A program made the translations under genes and the position numbers. This document shows positions 17,391 through 26,536 of a stretch of 64,000 nt of DNA, one piece after another. The notes under the pieces are model-generated. The model saw only the letters and a list, made by a program, of their open reading frames with translations, ran no database searches and had not been told where the DNA came from. The DNA comes from a virus (lineage: Duplodnaviria > Caudoviricetes), in the IMG/VR virus record IMGVR_UViG_2767802758_000001, positions 8,410 to 72,409 of that record, one strand, 5' to 3'. Position 1 is the first letter of the stretch. Every line of letters begins with the position of its first letter.

Positions 17391-18282
17391 TCTGCGCGAC
17401 CCGACTGGCGTAGATATGCTGGAACGACGCGCAATGCGTGACTTCAATGTGCGCATCAAGAAGGTAGCCCAGGCTTACCGTGCAGCGCTAGACGAGATAC
17501 CTGTAGAGCCAGTGGTTAACCGGCGCTACCAGTTCCGACTCGACACGTATTTGCTGCGCACCTTGCTGGCCAGGCTGGATGCCATCGTTGCTGAGATCCT
17601 ACTGGAAGGGGGCGATGAGAATATCTGGCTCTTTGACCGGTACGTGGAAGTAGCCGCTACACGCGGCACGGCCCAGGTGTTTGCCAATCTGTCTCAGCAG
17701 TCCGCAGCGTACAGGGGCGGGCGCATCTCATTGCAGGAGATTTTGCGCAGTGAGCCACATCGCCGCCGCATGGCTTTACTCAGCGCTCGGGTAGCGGAAG
17801 AAATGAAGGGCGTTGTCGGCGATGTGAAGTCGAACATGACTCGGGTGTTGACTGAGGGGATAGGGCGCGGCCTGAATCCCCGAGAGGTAGCGAAGAACCT
17901 GACCACCCAGGCCGGTATCGAGACACGGCGGGCGCATCGGGTTGCACGCACTGAAATCACCACAGCGCTCAGGCGTGCCAAGTGGGACGAGGCCAGCGAT
18001 GCCGAGCAGGACTACGGCCTGCAGACCAAAGAGCTGCATCTGTCTGCCCTGAGCCCCACAACGCGAGCCACCCATGCTGCCCGGCACGGAAAGCTATTCA
18101 CGCGGGACCAGGTGCAGGACTGGTGGGCAGAGCCAGGGCAAGCAATTAACTGCAAGTGCACGACGGTGAGCGTGATGGTCGATGACGATGGCCAGCCTGT
18201 GGTGCCGTCAATCATCCAGCGTGCGAAGCAAGCAAAAACCAATATGGAGAAACGAGGCTATGCCTGGTCAGACACAGAATAG
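17353..18282 (+). CDS. Head morphogenesis protein (SPP1 gp7/Mu gpF-like)
   Basis: RVARTEITTA...HAARHG...INCKC. Confidence 0.85.
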   Translation: MTAKPKPAILPRDLRDPTGVDMLERRAMRDFNVRIKKVAQAYRAALDEIPVEPVVNRRYQFRLDTYLLRTLLARLDAIVAEILLEGGDENIWLFDRYVEVAATRGTAQVFANLSQQSAAYRGGRISLQEILRSEPHRRRMALLSARVAEEMKGVVGDVKSNMTRVLTEGIGRGLNPREVAKNLTTQAGIETRRAHRVARTEITTALRRAKWDEASDAEQDYGLQTKELHLSALSPTTRATHAARHGKLFTRDQVQDWWAEPGQAINCKCTTVSVMVDDDGQPVVPSIIQRAKQAKTNMEKRGYAWSDTE

Positions 18283-18364
18283 CGGGACCAGCCGTAAACG
18301 AAAGTTCGTTTTGGCTGTTAATAGCGGGCTTGTGGCTGTTGCGGCTGCTAGCGGCGTCAAGGCT

Positions 18365-19654
18365 GTGCCTATTCAGGTCAATGTCACGACGCAAGTAAAT
18401 AGCCAGCAGATTCGCAAGGTGATCCATAACGGGCGCGAGCACTGGGTTCTGCCCAGCTACACGCTGCCTGCCAACGTGGTTATGAACGGCGGCTTGTACC
18501 CGGCCAGTGAGATTGATGCCCACTATCAGGGCCTGGAAGGAACGCTGGCACCGTTGGGCCATCCTCAGGTAGATGGTCAGTTCGTGTCGGCGTTCAGCCC
18601 CGAGGGCATCAACGTGGGCCATGTGGGCGCGTTCAACCGCAATGTGAAGAAATCCGGCAACCGTGTCTATCTTGAGAAGTGGGTGGACGTAGAGGTTGCG
18701 CAGCGCACCGAGGAAGGCCGAGCTTTGCTTGAGCGCGTGGAAGCCCTGGAGCGCGGCGATGATGTGCCGCCAATCCACACCAGCGTGGCAGTGTTTCTTG
18801 ATCGCCTGGAAGCGAACGAAGAGCAGAAAGCGGCCGGCGCGGAGTGGGTTGCCAAGATCAAGAGCATGGACCACGACGCCATCCTCATGGATGAGGTGGG
18901 GGCGGCTACGCCAGAGCAGGGCGTTGGCCTCATGGTCAATGCTGACCAGGCCAAGCCCTTGCAGGCCAATTCTGGCGCGTTGGTGGGCGAGTCCTTCCGG
19001 GAGCGCGAGCAACGTCTGGACCGAGCAGCCAAAGAGCGCTTCGCTCAAGGCGCTGATGAATATGCCTGGGTGGCCGACTTCACGGACAGCCAAGCCATCA
19101 TCGTGCGAAACGGCGGAGCCGCTGAGGTTTACGGATACAAGACCGAGGCCGGGAAGATCGTCTTTGACGACACCGGCGCGGCTGTCGTGCGCCAAGAGTC
19201 CTGGGTGGCAGTGGTTGCCAACAGCATCAAGAAAGGCGCACAGAAGATTTTTACCCCGCAGGCCCGGCCTGCAGTCAACAACAAGGAGGGCGAAATGCCT
19301 CTGACTCCCGAAGAAAAGGCCGAGCTGACCAGCGATATCAGTAAAGCCGTAACTGCCAATATTGGCCAAGCCGTGGCCGACGCCATCAAGCCGGTCTCCG
19401 ATGCCGTGACGGCACTGCAGGCCAATCATCAAGCGTTGTCCGACACGCTGACCGCAAACGCCAAGGCCGAAGAAGCCGACAAGCGTAAGGCCGTGGCTGC
19501 CGTGCATGGCGATATTGTGGCCAATGCGCTGTCCGGTGAGGCCCTGGATGCCATGCACAAGTCCCTGGGCACCGCTGCACCGCTGGGTGCCGGTCATATC
19601 GAAACCAACGGCAACGCACTGACCGCTGATGTCACTGCGCTGCCCAAGGAGTAA
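18365..19654 (+). CDS. Prohead protease/scaffold protein
   Basis: VVMNGGLYP, LAPLGHP, DHDAIL motifs; Ala-rich helical C-terminus; GTG start inferred. Confidence 0.75.
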   Translation: MPIQVNVTTQVNSQQIRKVIHNGREHWVLPSYTLPANVVMNGGLYPASEIDAHYQGLEGTLAPLGHPQVDGQFVSAFSPEGINVGHVGAFNRNVKKSGNRVYLEKWVDVEVAQRTEEGRALLERVEALERGDDVPPIHTSVAVFLDRLEANEEQKAAGAEWVAKIKSMDHDAILMDEVGAATPEQGVGLMVNADQAKPLQANSGALVGESFREREQRLDRAAKERFAQGADEYAWVADFTDSQAIIVRNGGAAEVYGYKTEAGKIVFDDTGAAVVRQESWVAVVANSIKKGAQKIFTPQARPAVNNKEGEMPLTPEEKAELTSDISKAVTANIGQAVADAIKPVSDAVTALQANHQALSDTLTANAKAEEADKRKAVAAVHGDIVANALSGEALDAMHKSLGTAAPLGAGHIETNGNALTADVTALPKE

Positions 19655-19657
19655 GAC

Positions 19658-20101
19658 ATGAGCCGATACCGCCGTGTGAATATCGATGGCAAGTCCATCA
19701 CTGAAACCCGTGTGGCCGCCGCTGCGCTGCTGCCTGGCACGTTCGCCGTCATTGACGCCAATGACAAGTTCGCCCAGGCCGCTGCTGCGGTCGGTCGCGT
19801 TTACGTCGTCAACTGCGCCTATCACCAAGGTCTGAGCATCCGCGATGCGGTCCCAGCTGGTGATTCCGCCGTCGGCGATTACGTCGAAGAAGGACGTGAG
19901 CTGGCCGTCCTGTGTCCTGCTGGTGCGTACAAAAAGGATTCGCCCATCAAGATCGGTGCGAATGGACAAGGCGCTTTGGCTACCGACGACACCGACACTG
20001 TGATTGGCTACAGCCAAGACGAGGTGACGCTGACCGCCGCTGACTTCATCCGCGTGCGCATGCGTGTCGGCACTGTGGCTGCTGCGACCACTGAGCCCTA
20101 A
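19658..20101 (+). CDS. Head decoration protein
   Basis: Position between scaffold and capsid; beta-rich 147 aa. Confidence 0.7.
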   Translation: MSRYRRVNIDGKSITETRVAAAALLPGTFAVIDANDKFAQAAAAVGRVYVVNCAYHQGLSIRDAVPAGDSAVGDYVEEGRELAVLCPAGAYKKDSPIKIGANGQGALATDDTDTVIGYSQDEVTLTAADFIRVRMRVGTVAAATTEP

Positions 20102-20113
20102 CAGGAGAAACAC

Positions 20114-21205
20114 ATGTTTTTTACCCAATCGGCTATTGCCGCGCACCCTCGATTGATGGGGCACCTCCAGGCGTTGCAAGCCAATCGCAACATCTGGAAC
20201 AACCAGGATGCGGCCTTGCTGGCAGCAAACCGTGCCGTGATGACGCCGGAAATGCTGCAGGCCAACGCGCTTGCAGGTCTGGGCCGCGAGTTCTGGCAGG
20301 AGGTCGATCGCCAGATCGTGCAGTACCGCGATCAAGAAACTGGCATGGAGATCGTCAATGACCTACTGGCCGTGCAGACGGTGCTGGATATTGGTAAGAC
20401 GGTGAAGTCGTACAACATCGCTGGCGATATCGCTGACGATGTGTCGATCAGCATTGACGGCCAGGCGCCGTACTCGTTCGATCACACCGAATACGACAAC
20501 GACGGCGACCCGGTGCCAATCTTCACGGCAGGTTACGGCGTGAACTGGCGCCATGATGCTGGCCTGCGTACCGTTGGCATCGACCTAGTGCTGGATTCCC
20601 AAGCCGCCAAATTGCGTAAGTTCTACAAGAGCATTGTCAGCTATGTGCTGAGCGGCTCCGAGCGAATCCGCGTTGACGGCAAGCCCGGTCAGGGCCTGAA
20701 GAACCACCGCAACACCATCAAGCTGAACCTGGGCAGCGGTGCCGGTGGCGCGAATATCGACCTGACTACGGCTACGCCGCAGCAGATCATCGAGTTCTTC
20801 ACCAAGGGCGCATTTGCTCAAGCAGCGCGCAACAACAAGGTCGAGGCCTACGATGTGTTGTGGGTATCGCCCGAGATCTGGGGCAACCTGTCTCAGCCGT
20901 ACCTGATTCAGCTGGGTACTGGTGGCGGTACTGTTGCTGGCTCCGTGCTGGATGCAGTCAAGAGCTTCATCCCAGCTCGGTCTATCCGCCAGACGTTTGC
21001 TCTGAAAGGCAACGAGCTCATTGCTTACCAGCGCCGCCAAGATGTGGTTTCCCCTCTGGTCGGCATGGCAGTTGGCACAGTGCCGCTGCTGCGTCTGCGC
21101 CCGCAGGACAACCACAACTTCCAGATCATGTCGGCCATGGGCTTGCAGATCAAGCGTGACGGCGACGGCAAGTCCGGCGTGCTGTACGGCGCAGACCTGA
21201 GCTAA
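20114..21205 (+). CDS. Major capsid protein
   Basis: 363 aa, AGGAG RBS, canonical position. Confidence 0.85.
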   Translation: MFFTQSAIAAHPRLMGHLQALQANRNIWNNQDAALLAANRAVMTPEMLQANALAGLGREFWQEVDRQIVQYRDQETGMEIVNDLLAVQTVLDIGKTVKSYNIAGDIADDVSISIDGQAPYSFDHTEYDNDGDPVPIFTAGYGVNWRHDAGLRTVGIDLVLDSQAAKLRKFYKSIVSYVLSGSERIRVDGKPGQGLKNHRNTIKLNLGSGAGGANIDLTTATPQQIIEFFTKGAFAQAARNNKVEAYDVLWVSPEIWGNLSQPYLIQLGTGGGTVAGSVLDAVKSFIPARSIRQTFALKGNELIAYQRRQDVVSPLVGMAVGTVPLLRLRPQDNHNFQIMSAMGLQIKRDGDGKSGVLYGADLS

Positions 21206-21215
21206 GGAGGCTGGA

Positions 21216-21584
21216 ATGGCGAAATATCAAGTCGTTCGTGCTTGGCACGGGGTAGCCGTTGGCCAGGTAGTGGAGATGGAGAAAGTGCATCCATCTCTCA
21301 AGGCCAACGTCATCCCGTTGACTCAAGCTGCTCCTGTCTCCGACGAGGCCGGTGATCTACTGAAACAGGCCAAGGCGGAAATTGATGCGATGCGCGAACG
21401 CGCCCAAGCCGAGCTGGCGCAACGCGTGGAAGAAGCCAAGCAGGAGACTCAGGCCGAGGCGGACCGCATTATCAGTGAAGCAACAGCCGAAGCTGAGCGT
21501 ATCAAGCAAGACGCACAGCAGAAGGCCGGGGAGCTGACGCCAGCAACGCCAGATGCGGGCAGTAAGCAGACGAAAGCCAAGTAA
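21216..21584 (+). CDS. Head-associated hypothetical protein
   Basis: GGAGG RBS; MAKYQVVRAWHG followed by coiled coil. Confidence 0.7.
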   Translation: MAKYQVVRAWHGVAVGQVVEMEKVHPSLKANVIPLTQAAPVSDEAGDLLKQAKAEIDAMRERAQAELAQRVEEAKQETQAEADRIISEATAEAERIKQDAQQKAGELTPATPDAGSKQTKAK

Positions 21585-21703
21585 CCGCCATCCAGGCGGT
21601 TTTTATTGCCCGCTGGCTTTTTTGCTGGCGGGCAGTTAGTTAGAGTGCGCAGCCAATAAGGGGTAGTATGCATTTTCAATACTAAACCTTAGGGGAGGTC
21701 CAC

Positions 21704-22195
21704 ATGAGTGCAGTAGAAAATCAAAAAACGGCTGTTTTGAGTGGCTGCAATTTATATCGTTACGAACTTATTCGAGGCGATCTATCAGATCCTCTAGTTT
21801 TTATCATGCTTAACCCAAGCACAGCAGATGCTGATGTAGACGACGATACTATCGAGTCATGTTTGCGTTTCGTTAAGGCGAATGGCAAGACGGGTCTAGT
21901 CGTTTATAACTTGTACGCGCTTCGCAGTACGAGCCCTAAGGGCTTGTGGACCAGCGAAGACCCTGTCGGTGTGGAGAATGATAAACATCTTAGCGAGGCT
22001 GCTAAGAATTATAAAAATATCGTTTGCGCTTGGGGCGTTAATGCACGAGATGATAGGGTCCAAGAAGTGGTGAGTCTTCTGAAGTCTAATGGTGCAAATT
22101 TACTTTGCATTGGGAAAAATAAGCATGGATCGCCCATGCATCCTCTTTACAAGAAAGCAAAGCCGCTGGAAATGGCATGGGATGTAGATTCGTAA
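21704..22195 (+). CDS. DUF1643 family protein (moron)
   Basis: FIMLNPSTAD, NLYALRST, VCAWG, HPLY motifs; lower GC; terminators on both sides. Confidence 0.85.
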   Translation: MSAVENQKTAVLSGCNLYRYELIRGDLSDPLVFIMLNPSTADADVDDDTIESCLRFVKANGKTGLVVYNLYALRSTSPKGLWTSEDPVGVENDKHLSEAAKNYKNIVCAWGVNARDDRVQEVVSLLKSNGANLLCIGKNKHGSPMHPLYKKAKPLEMAWDVDS

Positions 22196-22242
22196 ATAAG
22201 AAACTATGAAACAAACAGAACCGCCGATAGGCGGTTTTTTTA

Positions 22243-22656
22243 ATGAGGCATCCAATGCTGAGCGAAGATCAGGCTAGGCAATACCTAAAAACACAGGGCG
22301 TCAACAATGTGCCTGATTTCATCTTGGCCGCCTGGATTGAACTGGTAAACAGCGTTCAAGGGTGCCTGGACGAGCATTACACGCCAGCGGTAGCGCTGCT
22401 GATCCAGTCCTATCTGTTGGCCCTCATGGCTTACGGGCAGGGTGATAAGTACATCAGCAGCCAAACTGCACCGAGCGGTGCGTCCCGCTCCTTCCGATAC
22501 CAAGGTTTTGCCGATCGGTGGCGCGGGATGCTTGGGTTACTGCGTGGCCTGGACAAGCATGGGTGCGCCACAGGACTGATTCCTCCTGACCCGACAGTCC
22601 AGGCCCATGGCGGCTTGTGGATCGCCAAAGGGAATTGCTATTCCGGGGGGCGCTAA
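22243..22656 (+). CDS. Head-tail adaptor
   Basis: YISSQTAPSGASRSFRY motif; position. Confidence 0.7.
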   Translation: MRHPMLSEDQARQYLKTQGVNNVPDFILAAWIELVNSVQGCLDEHYTPAVALLIQSYLLALMAYGQGDKYISSQTAPSGASRSFRYQGFADRWRGMLGLLRGLDKHGCATGLIPPDPTVQAHGGLWIAKGNCYSGGR

Positions 22657-22973
22657 TGAGCGAAACAGCCAATTGGAGCTACACCAACACCGCCACTGTC
22701 AAGCCATATGTAGGAATGGATGACTGGGGTGGAAGCGTTTTTGGCGAACCGTTCGAGATCGCCTGCACCTGGGCGGCCAAATCGGAACAAATGCGTGATT
22801 CGTTGGGCGCGGAGTTTGTTACGCGCAATCAGATTTACACCGAGGATCACCGACCCCGTTACTTGGATCTGATCTTGCTCAATGGCTCAACTGACTGGCA
22901 GGAAATCCGGGCCGTGACCGGCTGGGATATGTCCTTCTTCGATGAAGAGCCTGACTTTCTACTGGTGACCTGA
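22656..22973 (+). CDS. Head closure protein
   Basis: MSETANWSYTNTATV; position. Confidence 0.65.
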   Translation: MSETANWSYTNTATVKPYVGMDDWGGSVFGEPFEIACTWAAKSEQMRDSLGAEFVTRNQIYTEDHRPRYLDLILLNGSTDWQEIRAVTGWDMSFFDEEPDFLLVT

Positions 22974-23392
22974 TGGCGGTCCGAGGAATCAAGCAGGTTA
23001 AGAACAACATGCGCAAGCTCCAGGCCGAGATCCAAGGGCGCAGGACAGAGGCTGCCGTGTACGCGGTCCTGTCCCAAGGGGGCGCGGCTGCCGCCACGAT
23101 GACGCCGGTGGATACCAGCACGTTGATCAACAGTCATTTCGTGGAAATCAAAGCTGACGGCGACAAGGTGACAGGCCGAAACGGCTACAGCGCCGAGTAT
23201 GCCGCTGCTGTTCATTCTGCGCCTGGTGTGCTCAAAGGCCAAGACCGGCCCGACCGAGAAGGGAAAAGCCAGGGCCAGTACTGGGACCCGAATGGCGAAC
23301 CTCACTTCTTGACGGCGGGCTTCGACCAGATCGCCGCAGACGTGCCGCGCATTTTAAGGAACGCATACCGTGCTTTTGATCGACGTTCGTAA
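22973..23392 (+). CDS. HK97 gp10-like tail completion protein
   Basis: TPVDTSTLINS...YAAAVH...FLTAGF. Confidence 0.75.
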   Translation: MAVRGIKQVKNNMRKLQAEIQGRRTEAAVYAVLSQGGAAAATMTPVDTSTLINSHFVEIKADGDKVTGRNGYSAEYAAAVHSAPGVLKGQDRPDREGKSQGQYWDPNGEPHFLTAGFDQIAADVPRILRNAYRAFDRRS

Positions 23393-23744
23393 CTGGGTGG
23401 TAGCGGCTCTGCCGGCAGATTACTTGGCGATGTTCTCCTGGGTGGAGTCATCCAGGCCCGAGGATGCCGCCAGCCGCTACTGCATCGTCCAGCAAACAGG
23501 CGGAGCTGGGCCCGTCGTTGAAACCCGCTATCCACGCTTTCGTGTGGTGGTCCTGGGTAAGCGCAATGAGCGTAGCGATGCCCAGAAGATCATGGAAGAC
23601 ATCGATGCACTGCTTCAGACGGCTATGGGCGATGCCGTGCCATGCGGTGCCGCCAGTATCCGAGCAATTACCGAGCCAGTCGGCCCGGGGTTCACCACAG
23701 AAAACCGGGCTTGGGCTCAGGTTGATTTTGAGATCATTATTTAG
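23370..23744 (+). CDS. Tail terminator
   Basis: Position before major tail protein; ENRAWAQVDFEII. Confidence 0.7.
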   Translation: MLLIDVRNWVVAALPADYLAMFSWVESSRPEDAASRYCIVQQTGGAGPVVETRYPRFRVVVLGKRNERSDAQKIMEDIDALLQTAMGDAVPCGAASIRAITEPVGPGFTTENRAWAQVDFEIII

Positions 23745-23753
23745 GAGGGCCAG

Positions 23754-24497
23754 ATGGCTACCTGCAAGAATCAGAAATTTGTCGGCCGCACGGCTATTTT
23801 GGAATATGCCATTGGTTGTGGCGACCAGATGCCCGCAGCGGCAGACTGGAAGCGCCTGGGTGCCATGCGCGCCAAAGAGCTGACTATCGAATGGGAAACC
23901 ACCGATGCGACGGCGGATGACTCCATTGGCGCGCTGCGCGAGAACCTGGCCACGTTCCAGACTTTGAGCGTATCTGGCGACGGTGTACTGAAAGTGTCTG
24001 GCACTGGCGCTGCTGCGTTGATCGCGCTGACCAAGCACGTCATCAAGCCAGAGGCGACTGGCGGCGAGCCAGTGGCTTGGATTCGTCTGACGTTCCCTGA
24101 TCTGACGTTTACCTTCTTTGCCATCGTGACGAATATGTCACGCTCTGCACCATACGACGATGTGGCTACTTACTCGTTTGAAGCCAGCGCTACCGCCAGT
24201 GACTTTGGCTTGATCGCAGAAGATACGCCAGATCCTGATGCTCCAGCCGTGGACACGGTGGCAGTTACTCCGGCTACCGCCAGTATTGCCGAAGGCGCTA
24301 CTCGTCAGTTGGCCGCTGCGATCACGCCCACCGGCGCGGCCCAAGGTGTAATTTGGTCGTCCTCGGATACTGAGACAGCAACCGTCTCCCAGGCAGGACT
24401 GGTCACTGCCGTTGCAGCCGGTACCGCCACTATCACAGCAACCAGCACGGCAGACTCGGCTAAGAAGGGAGAGTGCGCCGTTACGGTGACCGCATGA
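23754..24497 (+). CDS. Major tail protein with C-terminal Ig-like (Big_2) domain
   Basis: VTPATASI...WSSSDTETATVSQAGLVTAVAAGTATIT. Confidence 0.9.
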   Translation: MATCKNQKFVGRTAILEYAIGCGDQMPAAADWKRLGAMRAKELTIEWETTDATADDSIGALRENLATFQTLSVSGDGVLKVSGTGAAALIALTKHVIKPEATGGEPVAWIRLTFPDLTFTFFAIVTNMSRSAPYDDVATYSFEASATASDFGLIAEDTPDPDAPAVDTVAVTPATASIAEGATRQLAAAITPTGAAQGVIWSSSDTETATVSQAGLVTAVAAGTATITATSTADSAKKGECAVTVTA

Positions 24498-25090
24498 TGA
24501 TCCTTACGGATGTCGGTGAGGTCGGCGTCCACGTAGGCGAGCGGGTGCATATCCTGCGCCCGTCGCTCTACGCGATGTCACAACTCGGTGAGCCACGGGA
24601 GATTGTGGAGTTGTTTGCCGCAGTGATGGGCGAGGCCCCAAGTTTGGTGGATGCGCTGGCAGTCGTACTGGCCTGCTCGGATGAGGATTTGTCCGATCTC
24701 TTTGGCTGCGTGTTGGCCGAAGGCGAAAAACTGACTTACGAGCCAGGGCATGTCGAGGCAGAGGCCGTTGTGTTGCTTGCCCGCTGCCTGCTTAAGCATG
24801 GCATTACCGGATCGTTGCCCGAATTGCCCCGGCCAGCAGACCAGGAGCCGGAGTACGTGCAGGAGTTCGACGCCCGTGCTCATGTGTCCATGGCAATGGC
24901 GCATCTTGGGGTTTCTGAACGGGACGCCTGGCAGATGACCATGACCGGCCTAGTAGGGGCGCTGCGCGCCAAGTTCCCACCATCGCAGAATGATTCGCCT
25001 GGTGCAAAAGCTCCTAGCAAGGCCGAAATGGAAGAGGCGCTGGCTTGGCATGATCGTGTGTTACTTAGGCAGAGCAGTAGGCATAACTAG
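24494..25090 (+). CDS. Tail assembly chaperone (DUF6246-like)
   Basis: Position after tail tube; AMAHLGVSERDAWQMTMT. Confidence 0.7.
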   Translation: MMILTDVGEVGVHVGERVHILRPSLYAMSQLGEPREIVELFAAVMGEAPSLVDALAVVLACSDEDLSDLFGCVLAEGEKLTYEPGHVEAEAVVLLARCLLKHGITGSLPELPRPADQEPEYVQEFDARAHVSMAMAHLGVSERDAWQMTMTGLVGALRAKFPPSQNDSPGAKAPSKAEMEEALAWHDRVLLRQSSRHN

Positions 25091-25133
25091 CTTGTGTCAG
25101 GCACAATCATCGACGCCACAGGAGACAGGTCAA

Positions 25134-25733
25134 ATGAAAGATAAAGAATATTTTGATTGGGTTGAAAATGCCGCTGTTGAAAACTTCAAGGCTAAACACC
25201 ATTCCGCAGATATCTTGGCCAAAGAAGCGGCGTTAACTTTGACTGTGCTATTGGCCGCCATGGGTGCTGGGACGGCATATGCAATCAAAGCGATTACGGG
25301 GGAATCGCCCGGTTCAATAGAGTATGGGGCTGTGGGGTTTATTGTTTATCTGATGGCGCTATCTTTCTGGCTGGTAGTAGGTTGTATGAAAATGCAGCCA
25401 ATTTATCCGGTATTTAATGAGCCCAAAAACCTACTGAATGACGCATATGACTTTAGTGCTATTCGTAGGTTTGAGCTGGAAAATATGCAGATGGGAATCG
25501 ATGAGGCCAATGCCCGCAACGGGAAAGTTGCCGCCAGACTAAATCGTATACGCCTGGCGGCAATTGCGAGTCCCCTTATTTTTTTACTGGCGGCTGCGGT
25601 GCACTTGGTGGCCGTACAGGAGTCGGAGCCCGGTCTTTCGTCGGTGTCTGAGTATTCGGCGCCGGGGATCGGTAGCCCGGAGTTGGACGAGGTATGGGGT
25701 TGTCTGCCATTGATGCGTTCCTTTGAGTGTTAA
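25134..25733 (+). CDS. Multi-pass membrane protein (moron)
   Basis: AGGAG RBS; three hydrophobic helices; lower GC. Confidence 0.7.
   Translation: MKDKEYFDWVENAAVENFKAKHHSADILAKEAALTLTVLLAAMGAGTAYAIKAITGESPGSIEYGAVGFIVYLMALSFWLVVGCMKMQPIYPVFNEPKNLLNDAYDFSAIRRFELENMQMGIDEANARNGKVAARLNRIRLAAIASPLIFLLAAAVHLVAVQESEPGLSSVSEYSAPGIGSPELDEVWGCLPLMRSFEC
25576..25710 (-). CDS. Pro-rich 44-aa peptide nested antisense in the moron 3' end
   Basis: AAGGA RBS 8 nt before ATG; MADNPIPRPTPGYRSPAP...PQPPVKK. Confidence 0.5.
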   Translation of the reverse strand: MADNPIPRPTPGYRSPAPNTQTPTKDRAPTPVRPPSAPQPPVKK

Positions 25734-25957
25734 TTAGAGAGTATCGAGGGCAAGTATTTATGCTGAGAACATGAATAATGTTGGCTGCCCATTTGTCTGG
25801 CATGTATCTACCTATATTTTTAGATAGTATTGCTTTGTAACATGATCTCGAAAAGTATTGGCCTGGTCGGATTCTCGCTATCAAGGCTTAGCTCCGCCTA
25901 GCGTGGGCTTGCTACGTTGGGTAATATCTTCTTATTCATTTAGATTGGAGAGGGGAG

Positions 25958-26482
25958 ATGAAAGTACTAGCAGGAGCCCTATTGCTATCGGCCACATTTC
26001 TTGCTGGCTGTGCCACGACATCAGGTTTAGAGCCTACAGTAAGTAAGAGCGGTTTTGATGGCGCCACTGTTGTGAACATCGTTCCACATGGGAACACGTG
26101 CGCGGAGCACTGTACTCAGATCGGAGCGCAATGGAATTCTCAATCGCCGACTAAGGCCATTCTGACCATTGGCGTGCTGGGTTATACCGGTTTCAGAAAC
26201 ATTGAAAAGGTTGAGCTGCGGATAGGCAAGGATGTTCGTGTTCTTGAGCCCAATCCAGGCCTCACGCGCCACGTGAAAGAGCAGTACATGACTTTCTACG
26301 AGTCAAAAAAAGACTACACCGTCAATCTCGACTTGGTTCGCAACATCATTGCTTCTAATGATGTTTGGCTGCGAATTAGCACCAATGATGGCGTGATAGA
26401 AGATGCCATTGTTTCTGGGGCGCAAGATAGTAAGGGTTTTAATGCCTTGAAGCGTTTTATCGCTGAGGTCGATTCTCACTAA
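25958..26482 (+). CDS. Lipoprotein moron (candidate superinfection exclusion)
   Basis: Lipobox LAGC; GAGGGGAG RBS; terminator at 26502-26523. Confidence 0.8.
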   Translation: MKVLAGALLLSATFLAGCATTSGLEPTVSKSGFDGATVVNIVPHGNTCAEHCTQIGAQWNSQSPTKAILTIGVLGYTGFRNIEKVELRIGKDVRVLEPNPGLTRHVKEQYMTFYESKKDYTVNLDLVRNIIASNDVWLRISTNDGVIEDAIVSGAQDSKGFNALKRFIAEVDSH

Positions 26483-26536
26483 TCAACTGTATGTTTTATA
26501 TACCCGCTTCGGCGGGTTTTTTTATGGGCGAAAGAA

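Noticed and set aside
18212-20335. 707-aa minus-strand ORF
   Set aside because: Antisense shadow of the scaffold, decoration and capsid genes; GC-rich codon bias explains the lack of stops and there are no motifs
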